Part shown: piece after piece, positions 22,410 through 35,230 of the stretch
How positions within the stretch are numbered: the first letter of the stretch is position 1
Layout: every line of letters begins with the position of its first letter
Source of the DNA: Somniosus microcephalus
Lineage: Eukaryota
Assembly: GCA_052327205.1 (NCBI GenBank)
Contig: CM126208.1
Coordinates: forward strand, 268,336,001-268,400,000
Length of the DNA stretch: 64,000 nucleotides
Direction of reading: 5' to 3'
Translations under genes and position numbers: made by a program
Notes under the pieces: model-generated
Seen by the model: the letters and a program-made list of their open reading frames with translations, nothing else
What the model was told of the DNA's origin: nothing
The model's database searches: none

Positions 22410-25400
22410 CTTCCAGATTTCAGTTAATCTCTCTCTAGATTTCAGTTAATCTCTCTCCAGATTTCAGTTAATCTCTCTCTAGATTCCAGTTAATCTCTCT
22501 AGATTTCAGTTAATCTCGCTCTAGATTTCAGTTAATCTCTCTCTAGATTCCAGTTAATCTCTCTAGATTTCAGTTAATCTCTCTAGATTCCAGTTAACCT
22601 CTCTAGATTTCAGTTAATCGCACTAGATTTCAGTTAATTGCAATAGATTTCAGTTAATCGCACTAGATTTCAGTTAATCACTCTAGATTTCAGTTAATTG
22701 CTCTAGATTCCAGTTAATCTCTCTCTAGATTCCAGTTAATCTCACTAGATTTCAGTTAATCTCTCTCCAGATTTCAGTTAATCTCTCTCCAGATTTCAGT
22801 TAATCTCTCTCTCTAGATTTCAGTTAATCGCACTAGATTTCAGTTAATCGCACTAGATTTCAGTTAATCGCTCTAGATTTCAGTTAATCGCTCTCCAGAT
22901 TCCAGTTAATCTCTCACTAGATTTCAGTTAATCTCTCTCTAGATTCCAGTTAATCTCTCTCTAGATTCCAGTTAATCTCTCTCTAGATTTCAGTTAATCT
23001 CTCTAGATTTCAGTTAATCTCTCTCCAGATTTCAGTTAATCTCTCTCCAGATTTCAGTTAATCTCTCGCTAGATTCCAGTTAATCTCTCTCTAGATTCCA
23101 GTTAATCTCACTAGATTTCAGTTAATCTCTCTCCAGATTTCGGTTAATCTCCCTCCAGATTTCAGTTAATCTCTCGCTAGATTCCAGTTAATCTCTCTCC
23201 AGATTTCAGTTAATCTCTCTCTCTAGGTTTCAGTCAATCGCACTAGATTTCAGTTAATCGCTCTAGATTTCAGTTCATCGCTCTAGATTTCAGTTAATCT
23301 CTCTCCAGATTTCAGTTAATCTCTCGCTAGGTTCCAGTTAATCTCTCGCTAGGTTCCAGTTAATCTCTCGCTAGATTTCAGTTAATCTCTCTCCAGATTT
23401 CAGTTAATCTCTCTCTAGATTCCAGTTAATCTCTCTAGATTCCAGTTAATCTCTCTAGATTCCAATTAATCTCTTGCTAGATTTCAGTTAATCTCTCACT
23501 AGATTTCAGTTAATCGCTCTAGATTTCAGTTAATCGCTCTAGATTTCAGTTAATCTCTCTAGATTTCAGTTAATCTCGCTCCAGATTCCAGTTAATCTCT
23601 CTCCAGGTTCCAGTTAAACTCTCTCTAGATTTCAGTTAATCTTTCTACATTCCAGTTAATCTCTCGCTAGATTCGAGTTAATCTCTCGCTAGATTCTAGT
23701 TAATCTCTCGCTAGATTCCAGTTAATCTCTCGCTAGATTCCAGTTAATCTCTCGCTAGATTTCAGTTAATCTCTCTCTAGATTTCAGTTAATCTCTGTCT
23801 AGATTCCAGTTAATCTCTCTCTACATTCCAGTTAATCTGTACATTCCAGTTCGCTAGATTCCAGTTAACCTCTCGCTAGATTTCAGTTAATCTCTCGCTA
23901 GATTTCAGTTAATCTCTCGCTAGATTTCAGTTAATCTCTCGCTAGATTTCAGTTAATCTCTCGCTAGATTTCAGTTAATCTCTCGCTAGATTTCAGTTAA
24001 TCTCTCGCTAGATTTCAGTTAATCGCTCTAGATTTCAGTTAATCGCTCTAGATTTCAGTTAATCGCTCTAGATTTCAGTAATCTCTCTCCAGATTCCAGG
24101 TAATCTCTCTCCAGGTTCCAGTTAAACTCTCTCTAGATTTCAGTTAATCTTTCTACATTCCAGTTAATCTCTCGCTAGATTCGAGTTAATCTCTCGCTAG
24201 ATTCTAGTTAATCTCTCGCTAGATTCCAGTTAATCTCTCGCTAGATTCCAGTTAATCTCTCGCTAGATTTCAGTTAATCTCTCACTAGATTTCAGTTAAA
24301 CTCTCTCTAGATTTCAGTTAATCTCTCTCTAGATTTCAGTTAATCGCTCTAGATTTCAGTTAATCTCTCGCTAGATTTCAGTTAATCTCTCTCCAGATTT
24401 CAGTTAATCTCTTTTAGATTCCAGTTAATCGCTCTCTACATTCCAGTTAATCTCTCTCTAGATTCCAATTAATCTCTCTCTACATTCCAGTTAATCTCTC
24501 GCTAGATTTCAGTTAATCTCTCGCTTGATTCCAGTTAATCTCTGTCTAGATTCCAGTTAATCTCTCTCTACATTCCAGTTAATCTGTACATTCCAGTTCG
24601 CTAGATTCCAGTTAACCTCTCGCTAGATTTCAGTTAATCTCTCGCTAGATTTCAGTTAATCTCTCGCTAGATTTCAGTTAATCTCTCGCTAGATTTCAGT
24701 TAATCGCTCTAGATTTCAGTTAATCGCTCTAGATTTCAGTTAATCGCTCTAGATTTCAGTTAATCTCTCTCCAGATTCCAGGTAATCTCTCTCCAGGTTC
24801 CAGTTAAACTCTCTCTAGATTTCAGTTAATCTTTCTACATTCCAGTTAATCTCTCGCTAGATTCTAGTTAATCTCTCGCTAGATTCCAGTTAATCTCTCG
24901 CTAGATTCCAGTTAATCTCTCGCTAGATTCCAGTTAATCTCTCGCTAGATTTCAGTTAATCTCTCGCTAGATTTCAGTTAAACTCTCTCTAGATTTCAGT
25001 TAATCTCTCTCTAGATTTCAGTTAATCGCTCTAGATTTCAGTTAATCTCTCTCCAGGTTCCAGTTAAACTCTCTCTAGATTTCAGTTAATCTTTCTACAT
25101 TCCAGTTAATCTCTCGCTAGATTCGAGTTAATCTCTCGCTAGATTCTAGTTAATCTCTCGCTAGATTCCAGTTAATCTCTCGCTAGATTCCAGTTAACCT
25201 CTCGCTAGATTTCAGTTAATCTCTCTCTAGATTCCAGTTAATCTCTCTCTACATTCCAGTTAATCTGTACATTCCAGTTCGCTAGATTCCAGTTAACCTC
25301 TCGCTAGATTTCAGTTAATCTCTCGCTAGATTTCAGTTAATCTCTCGCTAGATTTCAGTTAATCTCTCGCTAGATTTCAGTTAATCTCTCGCTAGATTTC

Positions 25401-26270
25401 AGTTAATCGCTCTAGATTTCAGTTAATCGCTCTAGATTTCAGTTAATCGCTCTAGATTTCAGTTAATCGCTCTAGATTTCAGTAATCTCTCTCCAGATTC
25501 CAGGTAATCTCTCTCCAGGTTCCAGTTAAACTCTCTCTAGATTTCAGTTAATCTTTCTACATTCCAGTTAATCTCTCGCTAGATTCGAGTTAATCTCTCG
25601 CTAGATTCTAGTTAATCTCTCGCTAGATTCCAGTTAATCTCTCGCTAGATTCTAGTTAATCTCTCGCTAGATTCCAGTTAATCTCTCGCTAGATTCCAGT
25701 TAATCTCTCGCTAGATTCCAGTTAATCTCTCGCTAGATTTCAGTTAATCTCTCACTAGATTTCAGTTAATCTCTTTTAGATTCCAGTTAATCTCTCGCTA
25801 GATTCTAGTTAATCTCTCGCTAGATTTCAGTTAATCTCTCTCTAGATTTCAGTTAATCGCTCTAGATTTCAGTTAATCTCTCGCTAGATTTCAGTTAATC
25901 TCTCTCCAGATTTCAGTTAATCTCTTTTAGATTCCAGTTAATCGCTCTCTACATTCCAGTTAATCTCTCTCTAGATTCCAATTAATCTCTCTCTACATTC
26001 CAGTTAATCTCTCGCTAGATTTCAGTTAATCTCTCGCTTGATTCCAGTTAATCTCTCGCTAGATTCCAGTTAATCTCTCGCTAGATTTCAGTTAATCTCT
26101 CGCTTGATTCCAGTTAATCTCTCGCTAGATTCCAGTTAATCTCTCTCTAGATTTCAGTTAATCTCTCTCCAGATTTCAGTTAATCTCTCTCCAGATTTCA
26201 GTTAATCTCTCTCCAGATTTCAGTTAATCTCTCTCTAGATTACAGTTAATTGCTCTAGATTTCAGTTACT
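22410..26270. repeat. ~3.9 kb satellite, 20-22 bp unit TAGATT(T/C)CAGTTAATC(TC)n(GC), with higher-order repeats
   Basis: Directly visible tandem array, roughly 180 units, SUSD5 intron 2. Confidence 0.98.
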
Positions 26271-26709
26271 GATGCCCTCTACTTTTGAATTCCTCTAGTT
26301 TCAGTGTGCTCTTTACATCGGACAGACCATCAGTATGTGTGAAAATAAGTGACACACCATACAATGGATTGTCAGTGCTGCTCCTCACTGGTACAATAGT
26401 GGAGGGAGACTGCAGCCGTGTCCTGTTACCTCTCCTGAATGGTAGAGGAAGCTATGAACATGCCCAACCATTGATTTGGTCTGATCAACAGAAGCATCAG
26501 TTGTGCCTCTCTGGTGATGGAGAGGATAGTGAGCTCATTGATGCCTCTGTCCAATGGCAGCAAATGTGACGTCAATCACCAGCATCTCTCATTCTTTAGA
26601 GAAAATAGTCACACATTCTTTTCTTCAGTGTTCGTGGAAGCTACTTACTTACAGATTTCTAATGCCAGAGAAAGCCGTACAGTTCAGTGATGGGGAAGGT
26701 AACCTGAAT

Positions 26710-27282
26710 GGTGTGAGATGATCAGGTACCAATCCCTCACTCGTGGTGTGAGATGGTCAGGCACCAATCCCTCACTCGTGGTGTGAGATGGTCAGGCTCC
26801 AATCCCTCACTCATGGTGTGAGCTGGTCAGGCACCAATCCCTCACTTGTGGTGTGAGATGGTCAGGCTCCAATCCCTCACTCGTGGTGTGAGATGGTCAG
26901 GCACCAATCCCTCACTCGTGGTGTGAGATGGTCAGGCACCAATCCCTCACTCGTGGTGTGAGATGGTCAGGCACCAATCCTTCACTCGTGGCGTGAGATG
27001 GTCAGGCACCAATCCCTCACTCGTGGTGTGAGATGGTCAGGCTCCAATCCTTCACTCGTGGTGTGAGATGGTCAGGCACCAATCCCTCACTTGTGGCGTG
27101 AGATGTTCAGGCTCCAATCCCTCACTCGTGGTGTGAGATGGTCAGGCACCAATCCCTCACTCGTGGTGTGAGATGGTCAGGCACCAATCCCTCACTCGTG
27201 GCATGAGATGGTCAGGCACCAATCCTTCACTCGTGGTGTGAGATGGTCAGGCACCAATCCCTCACTCGTGGCGTGAGATGGT
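26710..27282. repeat. 35-bp minisatellite GGTGTGAGATGGTCAGGCACCAATCCCTCACTCGT, ~16 copies
   Basis: Period 35 measured from 26710 to 26745; few substitutions, no spacers. Confidence 0.97.
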
Positions 27283-29058
27283 TATGTGCTGTTACCTTTC
27301 TTTTGTGGCGAGGAAGCACAGCTGAGCACTAATCTCTCCGAGGAGAAATGGTGTAGCTGTTCATGTTGCCTTAGTTGCTCAGTGGACAGAACTGGTTGTG
27401 GGTCAGTAAGTACTGAGAGAAAGCTTTGGCTGAGTATGGAGAGACTCCTGTTATTCAGTCTCCGCCCAATGACTTGTGTTTTAATGAGTCACTCTTTACA
27501 CTGTCGGGTGAATATCAGAAAAGTGTCAATGTCGTAATCAGTAATTAGAATTATCTGAAGATGTTCTGCGAGAACATAAAACACCATTGACATTTTTATT
27601 GCCCCTAGAATGTCTGTTACAATGACTCATGAACATTGCGCACTCTAGTCAATTCTAGCTCCTACTATACTGTGTCTATCACTGATTCAATCAGTCTAGG
27701 AATGTTATTTAAATAGTGAGAAATGAACCCATTTTTAGATTTATAACCTATCCAGATGACACAGAATGACCACATTTTTAACAGTTTTGTCCTTCTAAGT
27801 AACAGGTTCAGTAAAAAACGGAAGCAAATCCAAGAGAGACCATAATTTTAGACTGAAATATTTATTGCAGGTCATGACCACATCTGAATCAGAGACTAAC
27901 CTTGTCTTGGCAATAACAATTCTGCATTCCCGTTGTCTGGTGTGCATTTGTACATCTTTAGTTTAAAAACAAAATTGTTCTTTGTTTTATTGTACCGAGG
28001 TCGGAGACACTGCTCAGGAATGGAACACTCTCCGGTTTTCTGTTCTTATTGTTGAGCCTCACGTAGTTCCAAGAGAGCAGAGTAAGAAGCTGAGTGAAGG
28101 GACCTCTCCTTCCTCAACCCCATTCTCTCGAGGGCATCCCATACTGTTTTCACTCATACATCTTACATTTCAAATGTCTTCTGGGTGTTTGGTGTCCGAA
28201 TATGAACAGTTTTGCATTGTGTGCCCAGTCTGCACTGAGCTCCGGTCACTCAAACGCATCGCACTGAAGATTTACAAACAGCAGGAGGAGGAGCCTTTCA
28301 TCTCAGGAGACTGGCTGAATGTAACCTCGCAGCCACATTTTACGTCTCCTCATCTCCCTTCTGGTTCTTTTGCCAATTATCTTAAATCTGTGTCCTCTGG
28401 TTACCGACCCTCCTGCCAGTGGAAACAGCTTCTCCTTATTTACTCTATTAAAACCCCTCATAATTTGTGGAGCGCTAGGAGGATGGGCAACCAGCGGCAG
28501 GAGTGTGGATGGGGGATGGTTGAAGGCGGGAGGTCATGTGATGAAACTTCCCGGAATACGTCCGACTAGAGTTGGTGTCCCTAACTGGAGCGCTGATTCC
28601 CACTTGTGGATCCTCACGCGGTAAATTTCCACGAGGTCATCCCAAATTTCCCGCCATAACCTTGGCCAGAAATTGGCGGAACCCTGGAGACAAAACCGTT
28701 TACGCCATTTCCCAAGGGATTCTATCGATCTCTCACTGGACAAACCCCACAGGAATCTCGGCTCCCCCATCGGCGGGATATTTACCCACAGGGAGGGGAC
28801 ATCAAAGTGTCAACAATTCCATGGAGTCTTCCACGTGTATAAGAACCACGTGAAGAATGCACAGTGTAATCCTGGAACAGGTAATCTGCTGGAGTTCCTG
28901 GTCCCAAAATGGTGCAAGGATGGAGTTCTAGAGCATCTTAGACAGGTTAACAATAAGAGATATACAGTGTGAGAAAGAAATCGAATGTAAATTAACGAGC
29001 AACTCCCAATCCACATTATAGCGGAACACTGATGAATTGTGTTTCTATTTACACCCAG

Positions 29059-29174
29059 GATGACTGTGTGCAGTAACGTGGGCTTTGGCCAACAGGACCT
29101 CCAAACCATCCATGTAAAAACTGAAGCAGCTTCTTCAAGTGGTCGATATGATTCATTCTGCATTAAAGACCAAG
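29059..29174 (+). CDS. SUSD5: SUSD5 exon 3 (Link domain, C-part)
   Basis: Acceptor ctatttacacccag, donor G|GTTAGT; encodes MTVCSNVGFGQQDLQTIHVKTEAASSSGRYDSFCIKDQ; 116 nt, phase 2 to 1, fits both neighbours; absent from the ORF track. Confidence 0.9.
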
Positions 29175-29664
29175 GTTAGTGCTGCATCACTTCACATACT
29201 CGACATGTCAGCCCTTTAAAATGGGAACAATGTCTGCCACATTTTGGGATTTTTGAACCATTTTTCCACAGAAAGGATTTGGAAGTCAGTTATGTTGAAG
29301 AGGTGTTTTAAATTGAAATGGGGTCACACAGGTTTAAGATTCTTCCCGTGGGCTGACGGAACAGAAAGAGAAAACACGTGTTCAGGGAGTTCCACAAAGG
29401 CCGAGAGGCAGGACTGGGAATCGAGGTATAGTCAGTCAGTTTTTACGGCCCAAGATTGACCAGAAAGGAAGGAAAATTCAAGAGTGAGTGTCCAGTCCTC
29501 CAGTCGGGACAGTTTAGTGCGGTTTTGTAGAAGTTAGAAATGTCTGGAAATATAATCCTCTGTGTTCTGTAAAATAAATTGGGTTCTGATTTTACGTTGA
29601 ACTTGCCTCACTCATGATATTTTTCAGTTAAACCCACCGGAAAATTGAGCTCTGTGACTTGTTA

Positions 29665-30200
29665 CCGTTGTACAAAGCCTTGGTCAGACCCTCTCTGGAG
29701 TCACTGCATTCAGTTCTGGGCACCACACCTCAGGAAGGCTATATCGGCCTTGGAGGGAGAGCAGCACAGATTCACCAGAATGATACCGGGGCTTCGAGGG
29801 TTAAATTATGAGGACAGGTTACACAGACTAGACTTTTATTCCCTTGAGTATAGAAGGTTGAGTCGTGATCTGATTGAGGTGTTTAAAATGTGAGGAGGAG
29901 TTGCTAGGGTAGATAGAGAGAAACAATTTCCTCTGGTGGAGGGAATCGAGAACAAGGGGACATAACTTTAAAATTAGAGCTCGACTGTTCAGGAGTGAAA
30001 TCAGGAAGCACTTTTTCCACATCTGGAACTCTCTCCTCCCAAAGGCTGTGGATGTTGAGGGTCAGTTGGAGCTTTCGAGACTGAGATTGACAGATTTTTG
30101 TTGGTAACGGCATCAAGGGATGGAGCAAAGGCAGGGAACTGGGGTCGAGGTACAGCTCAGCCATGATGTAGTTGAATGGCCTCCTCCTGTTCCTATGAGT
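29665..30200 (+). mobile_element. CR1 3' fragment
   Basis: CIQFWAPHLRK..RFTRMIPGLRGLNYEDRL..SLEYRRL.RDLIEVFK. Confidence 0.85.
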
Positions 30201-32360
30201 TTACAGCTGGTTGCCCTGCAAAAATGAAGTACTTGCCCCTTTAATTGTCTACAGCTGGTTAGTCTGGATCATTTCCACCATAGTCACCACTTCACAGTGC
30301 CACCCCTTGCCTTAAAAAGATGAGCAAGATTTTGCATTGGCTGATGGTAAATTGGCAACTGAAAGCTAGTGCAAAGAAAACAATGAATGTTATTTGAGGT
30401 TTCTTCTTTCCTTCGATTGTTTCCCCTCTGCTCCTGTACACCATGATTCATCCTTCCGCAACCGGTGGGCGCCGCGGGGACTGGAGTGCATCATCGCCCT
30501 GGCCAATGAAATTTTAATTTAATTTGTTAAAGTTCTTTTAAAGTTTTATTAGTTACAGTCTATTTGTTTTAAGTGTCCACACAAAAGAGTACACTGTGAT
30601 TCATTGCTGGAGCACATTCCCATGGGTACCAAATACCTCCTTAGTGACCATTCTTCTGATCCTAGGCACTGACTGTCAGGTGTGACTCCACTGAGTATCA
30701 CTGCCCTATCCTGTGCTCTCGCCACGCTTTCTGTGCTCACACTCGCATGTAGCTTTCGGGGGAGGAGTCACGAGATGACGATCAGGAGCAGGGATCGTTG
30801 CTGATGGTTCTGCTCCCTAGTCCAGGGATGCTGCAGGGAATTGTAGAGCCCCCGGTACTGCCCTGGCTGAGATGGGTTAAGGCCGCACAGATCAGGGATA
30901 GAGACTGGAACCTTCTTTGTCTCTATGGCTCAATATTACGGACAGTTCCTTTTCCCACTGACCCACCATGTGTGAGACAGCGGTCAATTCTGTTACCAGC
31001 CTGGGAAAGTGACGGTGTCCTTTTTAATGATTTAATTTTAAATATTCAAAGTATCAATCCTGACCGTGCTTTGCAAATGGTTGAATATGGACAATAGTCT
31101 ATCAGGGAATTGAGAGCATAAATGTCTGTGTAGCCTGGGTTCCACTGGCCCAGCTCCATATTTAAAAGACTCCATCCCATTACTGTCATATGTGTAATCG
31201 TTTTGAGAGCCTGTTTTATGGTCTGTTATTTACTTTTGCGGAGGGTTGGCATTGCGTGGGGTGTTTCTGCCGGAACTGCTTTTGGATGGCTATGGTTGTA
31301 ATGATGTCTGAAGGAGTTGAGCAGCTGCTGTTTGCACTGGTGACAGAGAGGCCGGGTCAGCTGTTTGGGTGTGGGAGGAGCTGGGATTTGCTGGTTGCAC
31401 TGGTTCATTGAAGGATAACAGAAGACTCCTGCAGTTCCTGTTAAGGAATGGGGGATCTGGGAGCTGAGTGCAGGCTGATGATTGAGGTGCGGACAAGGTG
31501 GGCTGCAATCTTACTGAGGGTCTGTGGGTTCAGCTGGAAATAGTTTTGGATGGGTTGTCATTTAGTTAACCTTAATTGGTTGATAATAGACTTGGTGTTT
31601 TTAAATATCTGTATTAACAAGGGCACCCCATTAAACCACAGGGACATCCCACTAAACAATGTTGGAGCAGATGCCAATTGATTGATCCTTTGTCCATTCC
31701 AAATTGTTTGCTTAATAAGATTAATTGAATAAAATAATTTCACTTAATTCCACTAATTTTCAACAATAAATGTTTGTTTTAGAGGTTAGTAAGCTCACTT
31801 GTGATCTCGTTAGATATTTTGTGCAGATGGTTAAATGATAAAGCAATAAAACTCCTCAAAACCCGATTTAATTATCAAGACTAAAATAAATGGTGGAAAG
31901 TGACCATTTAAAACCCATGTTGTTGTTTATATTGAATTGTAAGGTTCGTTGAATAAGGCTGAAGTGTTGGAGGACTATCTCTGTCCTGCTCGAACGCCAG
32001 TCTATCGACCTGTACGTCAGATGATTGGCACCATCTCCATTTAATCTGGGAGCTGCTTCTGTTCCCTCATCTGGCAAAATTATTGAAGCACAGCTGTAAA
32101 ATAAACCTTTTAAAAAATGATTTCCAGCCTGATTTAATCGTTAATGGCAATTGCCCCTTGGTGTATTTTGTTTTTTTTTGTAATGATGGTGTCATACACC
32201 TTTAAGGCTGGGAGTTGTGCATTCCGTAGGTTGTTGCTAGGAGACCTTAACTAAATCAACAACTGTCCTGTGGCTTTCCTTTTCTGGCGACATGAAGTGT
32301 TCAGTGTCCGAGAATCGCCCACCGCTCACTGAGGAGCTGGTGAGGCAATGAGGACCCATG

Positions 32361-33022
32361 GATCTGGATTTTTACGGTCGGCGGCGTAATTAAGGATTAC
32401 GCTGCCGGTCTCCGAACAGAATGCGCACTTACCTGCTGCGAGGCCCCAAATGAAAAGTTGCTGTCAGACGCCGCAGAGTTGAGCGAAGCGTAGTGGCCCA
32501 CGGACCGTGTGCGGAAGCGTACCTGGGATCACTTGGGCCGGTGCTCCAATCAGATTGTACACCTTCCAGTGACTCGGATGGAGTGGGCTTTGGAGAAAGG
32601 CCAGGGAACAAGTCTCCCCTCTTGGCTGTAGATGGTTCATGGCCAGCTGGTTCCAGTTTGGTAAAAGGGAGAAAGTAAGATTGTTGTGGAGCCCTCACAA
32701 TAAAACCATATTATCATATAATGCAATAATATTCATTGCTGAACTGATTTTTTTCTAAATCCTGTTTAAGTGTCAAAGTCTGCAGACAGTTAATAACCAT
32801 TAAAGGAAAGGATTTTCACCAAAATGAAGATTTTTTAATGCACCTGTTTGCACCAGTCATAAAATTTTCCGGCGTTATTGCTGGGCCATTGGTGGGCAAT
32901 TAGGATTTCCATGTTGGTGCAGATCATCTGTCAAGTCGGAACTTGACATATCATCTATTTCAAATGCGTTATGATGGTGTATTCTGAAAGTACGCCGTCA
33001 TACTGACTGCAAAATCTGGGCC
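32361..33022. mobile_element. Degenerate Harbinger-like MITE
   Basis: GATCTGGATTTT...AAAATCTGGGCC with (C)ATG on both flanks. Confidence 0.45.
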
Positions 33023-34024
33023 ATGGTGTCTCACCACCCATCGGGCTGCACGTGGATGACTGGTTAAAGAAAAGCTGATCATTCAAACGGGGAACTTGCA
33101 AGAGTGCCGTCCTTGACTAGACTCATTGCCCTTCGTAAACCTGGCGGTCTGCGGGGAATCCGAAGTTGGTCGATGAATCGGCGATGCAGGATTCTCATGA
33201 AGACCCCACTACAAATAATGATGAGGATGGAGTCTTCACACCACAGGGGGGGTCTGTACAAAACCCCGATGGAACGGTCACAGAGAGTGGGGAGGGGAAT
33301 GGAAAGTGGGGGATGGGAGCTGGGGGAAAGATGGGGGGCAGACTGTGGTTCGCAAAGAGCTGCAAGAGGTCTCTGTAAATCTGTGTGGTTTAGTCAAAAT
33401 TACCCCCATTGACAGTTCCTGAGTGACCAGTACTGTAATGAAATAAAGATTGCAGGCTACAAGGATTGGTCAGTGCACTGGTTCAGGACACTATCCTTTC
33501 ATCCCTGGAATCTGGGATTGAATTGAGAGCTGAATGTCTCCTCTCTGATAGAGCTGTGCAAGTTTATGGAATGATTGTGACCAGGAGTCCACAACACAAA
33601 ACTCTCCATAATTTGGCAAACTCGTCCATAGAGGTCTCGGAGGGCGGTGGGGATAGCGCGGTCACTGGATGGCTGATTTAGGAAATGGTTCACTGGACCA
33701 AACTCTGCGACCCGGGGTCAAAGCAGTTTATTGGGGCGGAGTAGAGTGAACTTATTCTGCGTCATTGCGCGTGATAACTGACCCAGCAGTGCTTAGCATT
33801 GACATTGGGAATTAAAGTCTCTGAAAGATCCTTTCTTCTGAACCAGCAGTCCTCGCCTCCAGCACAGAGTTCGCCCAAAAAACAAATCGTTAAACAAACA
33901 AAGTGCCAGTGCTAAAAACATTTGAAGAGCTTCAGAAGCTTTCTTTTTTTTCTAGAGCTCACCACTTTTGAGTGTTTATTCCCTAATCAAAGTAGCAGCT
34001 CAAAGTGCATACATTGATTGCATT

Positions 34025-35230
34025 CTGGGTTCAAGTCCCGTACCAGACACTTGAGCCCATAATCCAAGCTGACACTTCGGGTCGATTTTCATTCAGAAGT
34101 CGGGAAGGAGGCGGGACTACAACTTTCGGGTTGTAGTCCCGCCTCCATCGAGATGCGGCCAATCCACGCGATTTTCACTTGATTGGCCTTGTTGAGCCCG
34201 CCCAGCGGGCTCAGCAGTCCAATTAAGGGCCACCCGGCAACAGGTGATGTCACAGACTGAAATTTCATCTGTCAAGACGTCTTGACAGATGAAATATCAG
34301 TGTTTCACAGCTGTTTGAAGCTGTCAAACACTGACCGTCTTACTTCTAACCTGAGTCCTTCTACGCAGACTCAGTTAGAAATCTCACCGGCACTGAAAGC
34401 TGCAGGCTGTCACTTTTGACAGATCGCGGCCATTCTGCTTTCGGTGCCGGTGAGATGATGAGGAAGGAAGGCTGTAAAGGTAAGGACAGGTAATTTAAAC
34501 TTCTTTACACACTCAACACACTTACCTTTGCACTCATGCACCCATCACTCACCTGAACACCGACATCTCGACCCCTCCAAGTCCTTCAACCCGACGACTC
34601 TAACTTGGTGTAGTTTGGAGCCGTCGGGAATCCCACACGACAACCTTCAAAATAGGGATTAGGCTAAAAACTGCCTGTTAACAGGCAGTTAATTGGCACT
34701 AATCCCTTCCCGCCTCGGGTCGGCGGGTCCCAGTGTGGGGCGGGTACCCGCCTCCTTTGCAACTTACATGGAGGCGGGTTTTGGGCGGGATGGTGTCGGG
34801 ACCCCCGAATTTGGGATTTTAACCCCCCCCCCGCACGCCTAAAAGCCCGCCTCACGGCACACTGAAAATCGACCCCTTCAGTGCAGTACTGAGGGAGTGC
34901 TGCACTGTAAGAGGTTCTGTCTTTCAGATGCGACGTTAAACCGACTGCTCTCTCAGGTGGACGTAAAAGATCCCATGGCACTATTTAAAGAAGAGCAGAT
35001 AAGTTCTCCCCGGTGTCCTGGCCAATATTTATCCCTCAACTAGCATCACTAAAAACAGATTATCTGGTCATTTTCTAATTGGTTCTGGGATCTTGCTGTG
35101 CGCAAATTGGCTGCCGCATTTCTTATATTACAACAGTGACTACAGCCGATGAAGTACTTTGGAATTGTAAAGAGCTTTGGGACATTCTGAGATTGTGAAA
35201 GGCGCTATAGAAATGTGAGTTCTTTCTTTC
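34025..35230 (+). mobile_element. DeuSINE split by MITE (34025-34078 + 34876-35230)
   Basis: SINE sequence is continuous once the MITE is removed. Confidence 0.85.
34079..34875. mobile_element. Same MITE, copy 2, inserted into a DeuSINE
   Basis: Perfect 13-bp TIR GGGTCGATTTTCA; CTTC on both sides; interrupts the SINE sequence GCTGACACTTC^AGTGCAGTACTGAGGG. Confidence 0.9.

Noticed and set aside
22410-26270. Iron-responsive elements in the satellite hairpins
   Set aside because: Loop is YCAGUU rather than CAGUGH, no bulged C or lower stem, intronic
26710-27282. CRISPR-like array (35-bp partly palindromic repeats)
   Set aside because: Repeats are directly adjacent with no unique spacers, no cas genes, vertebrate intron
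27982-28569. 195-aa ORF in SUSD5 intron 2
   Set aside because: No recognisable domain; runs through an antisense CR1 fragment and MITE-like sequence
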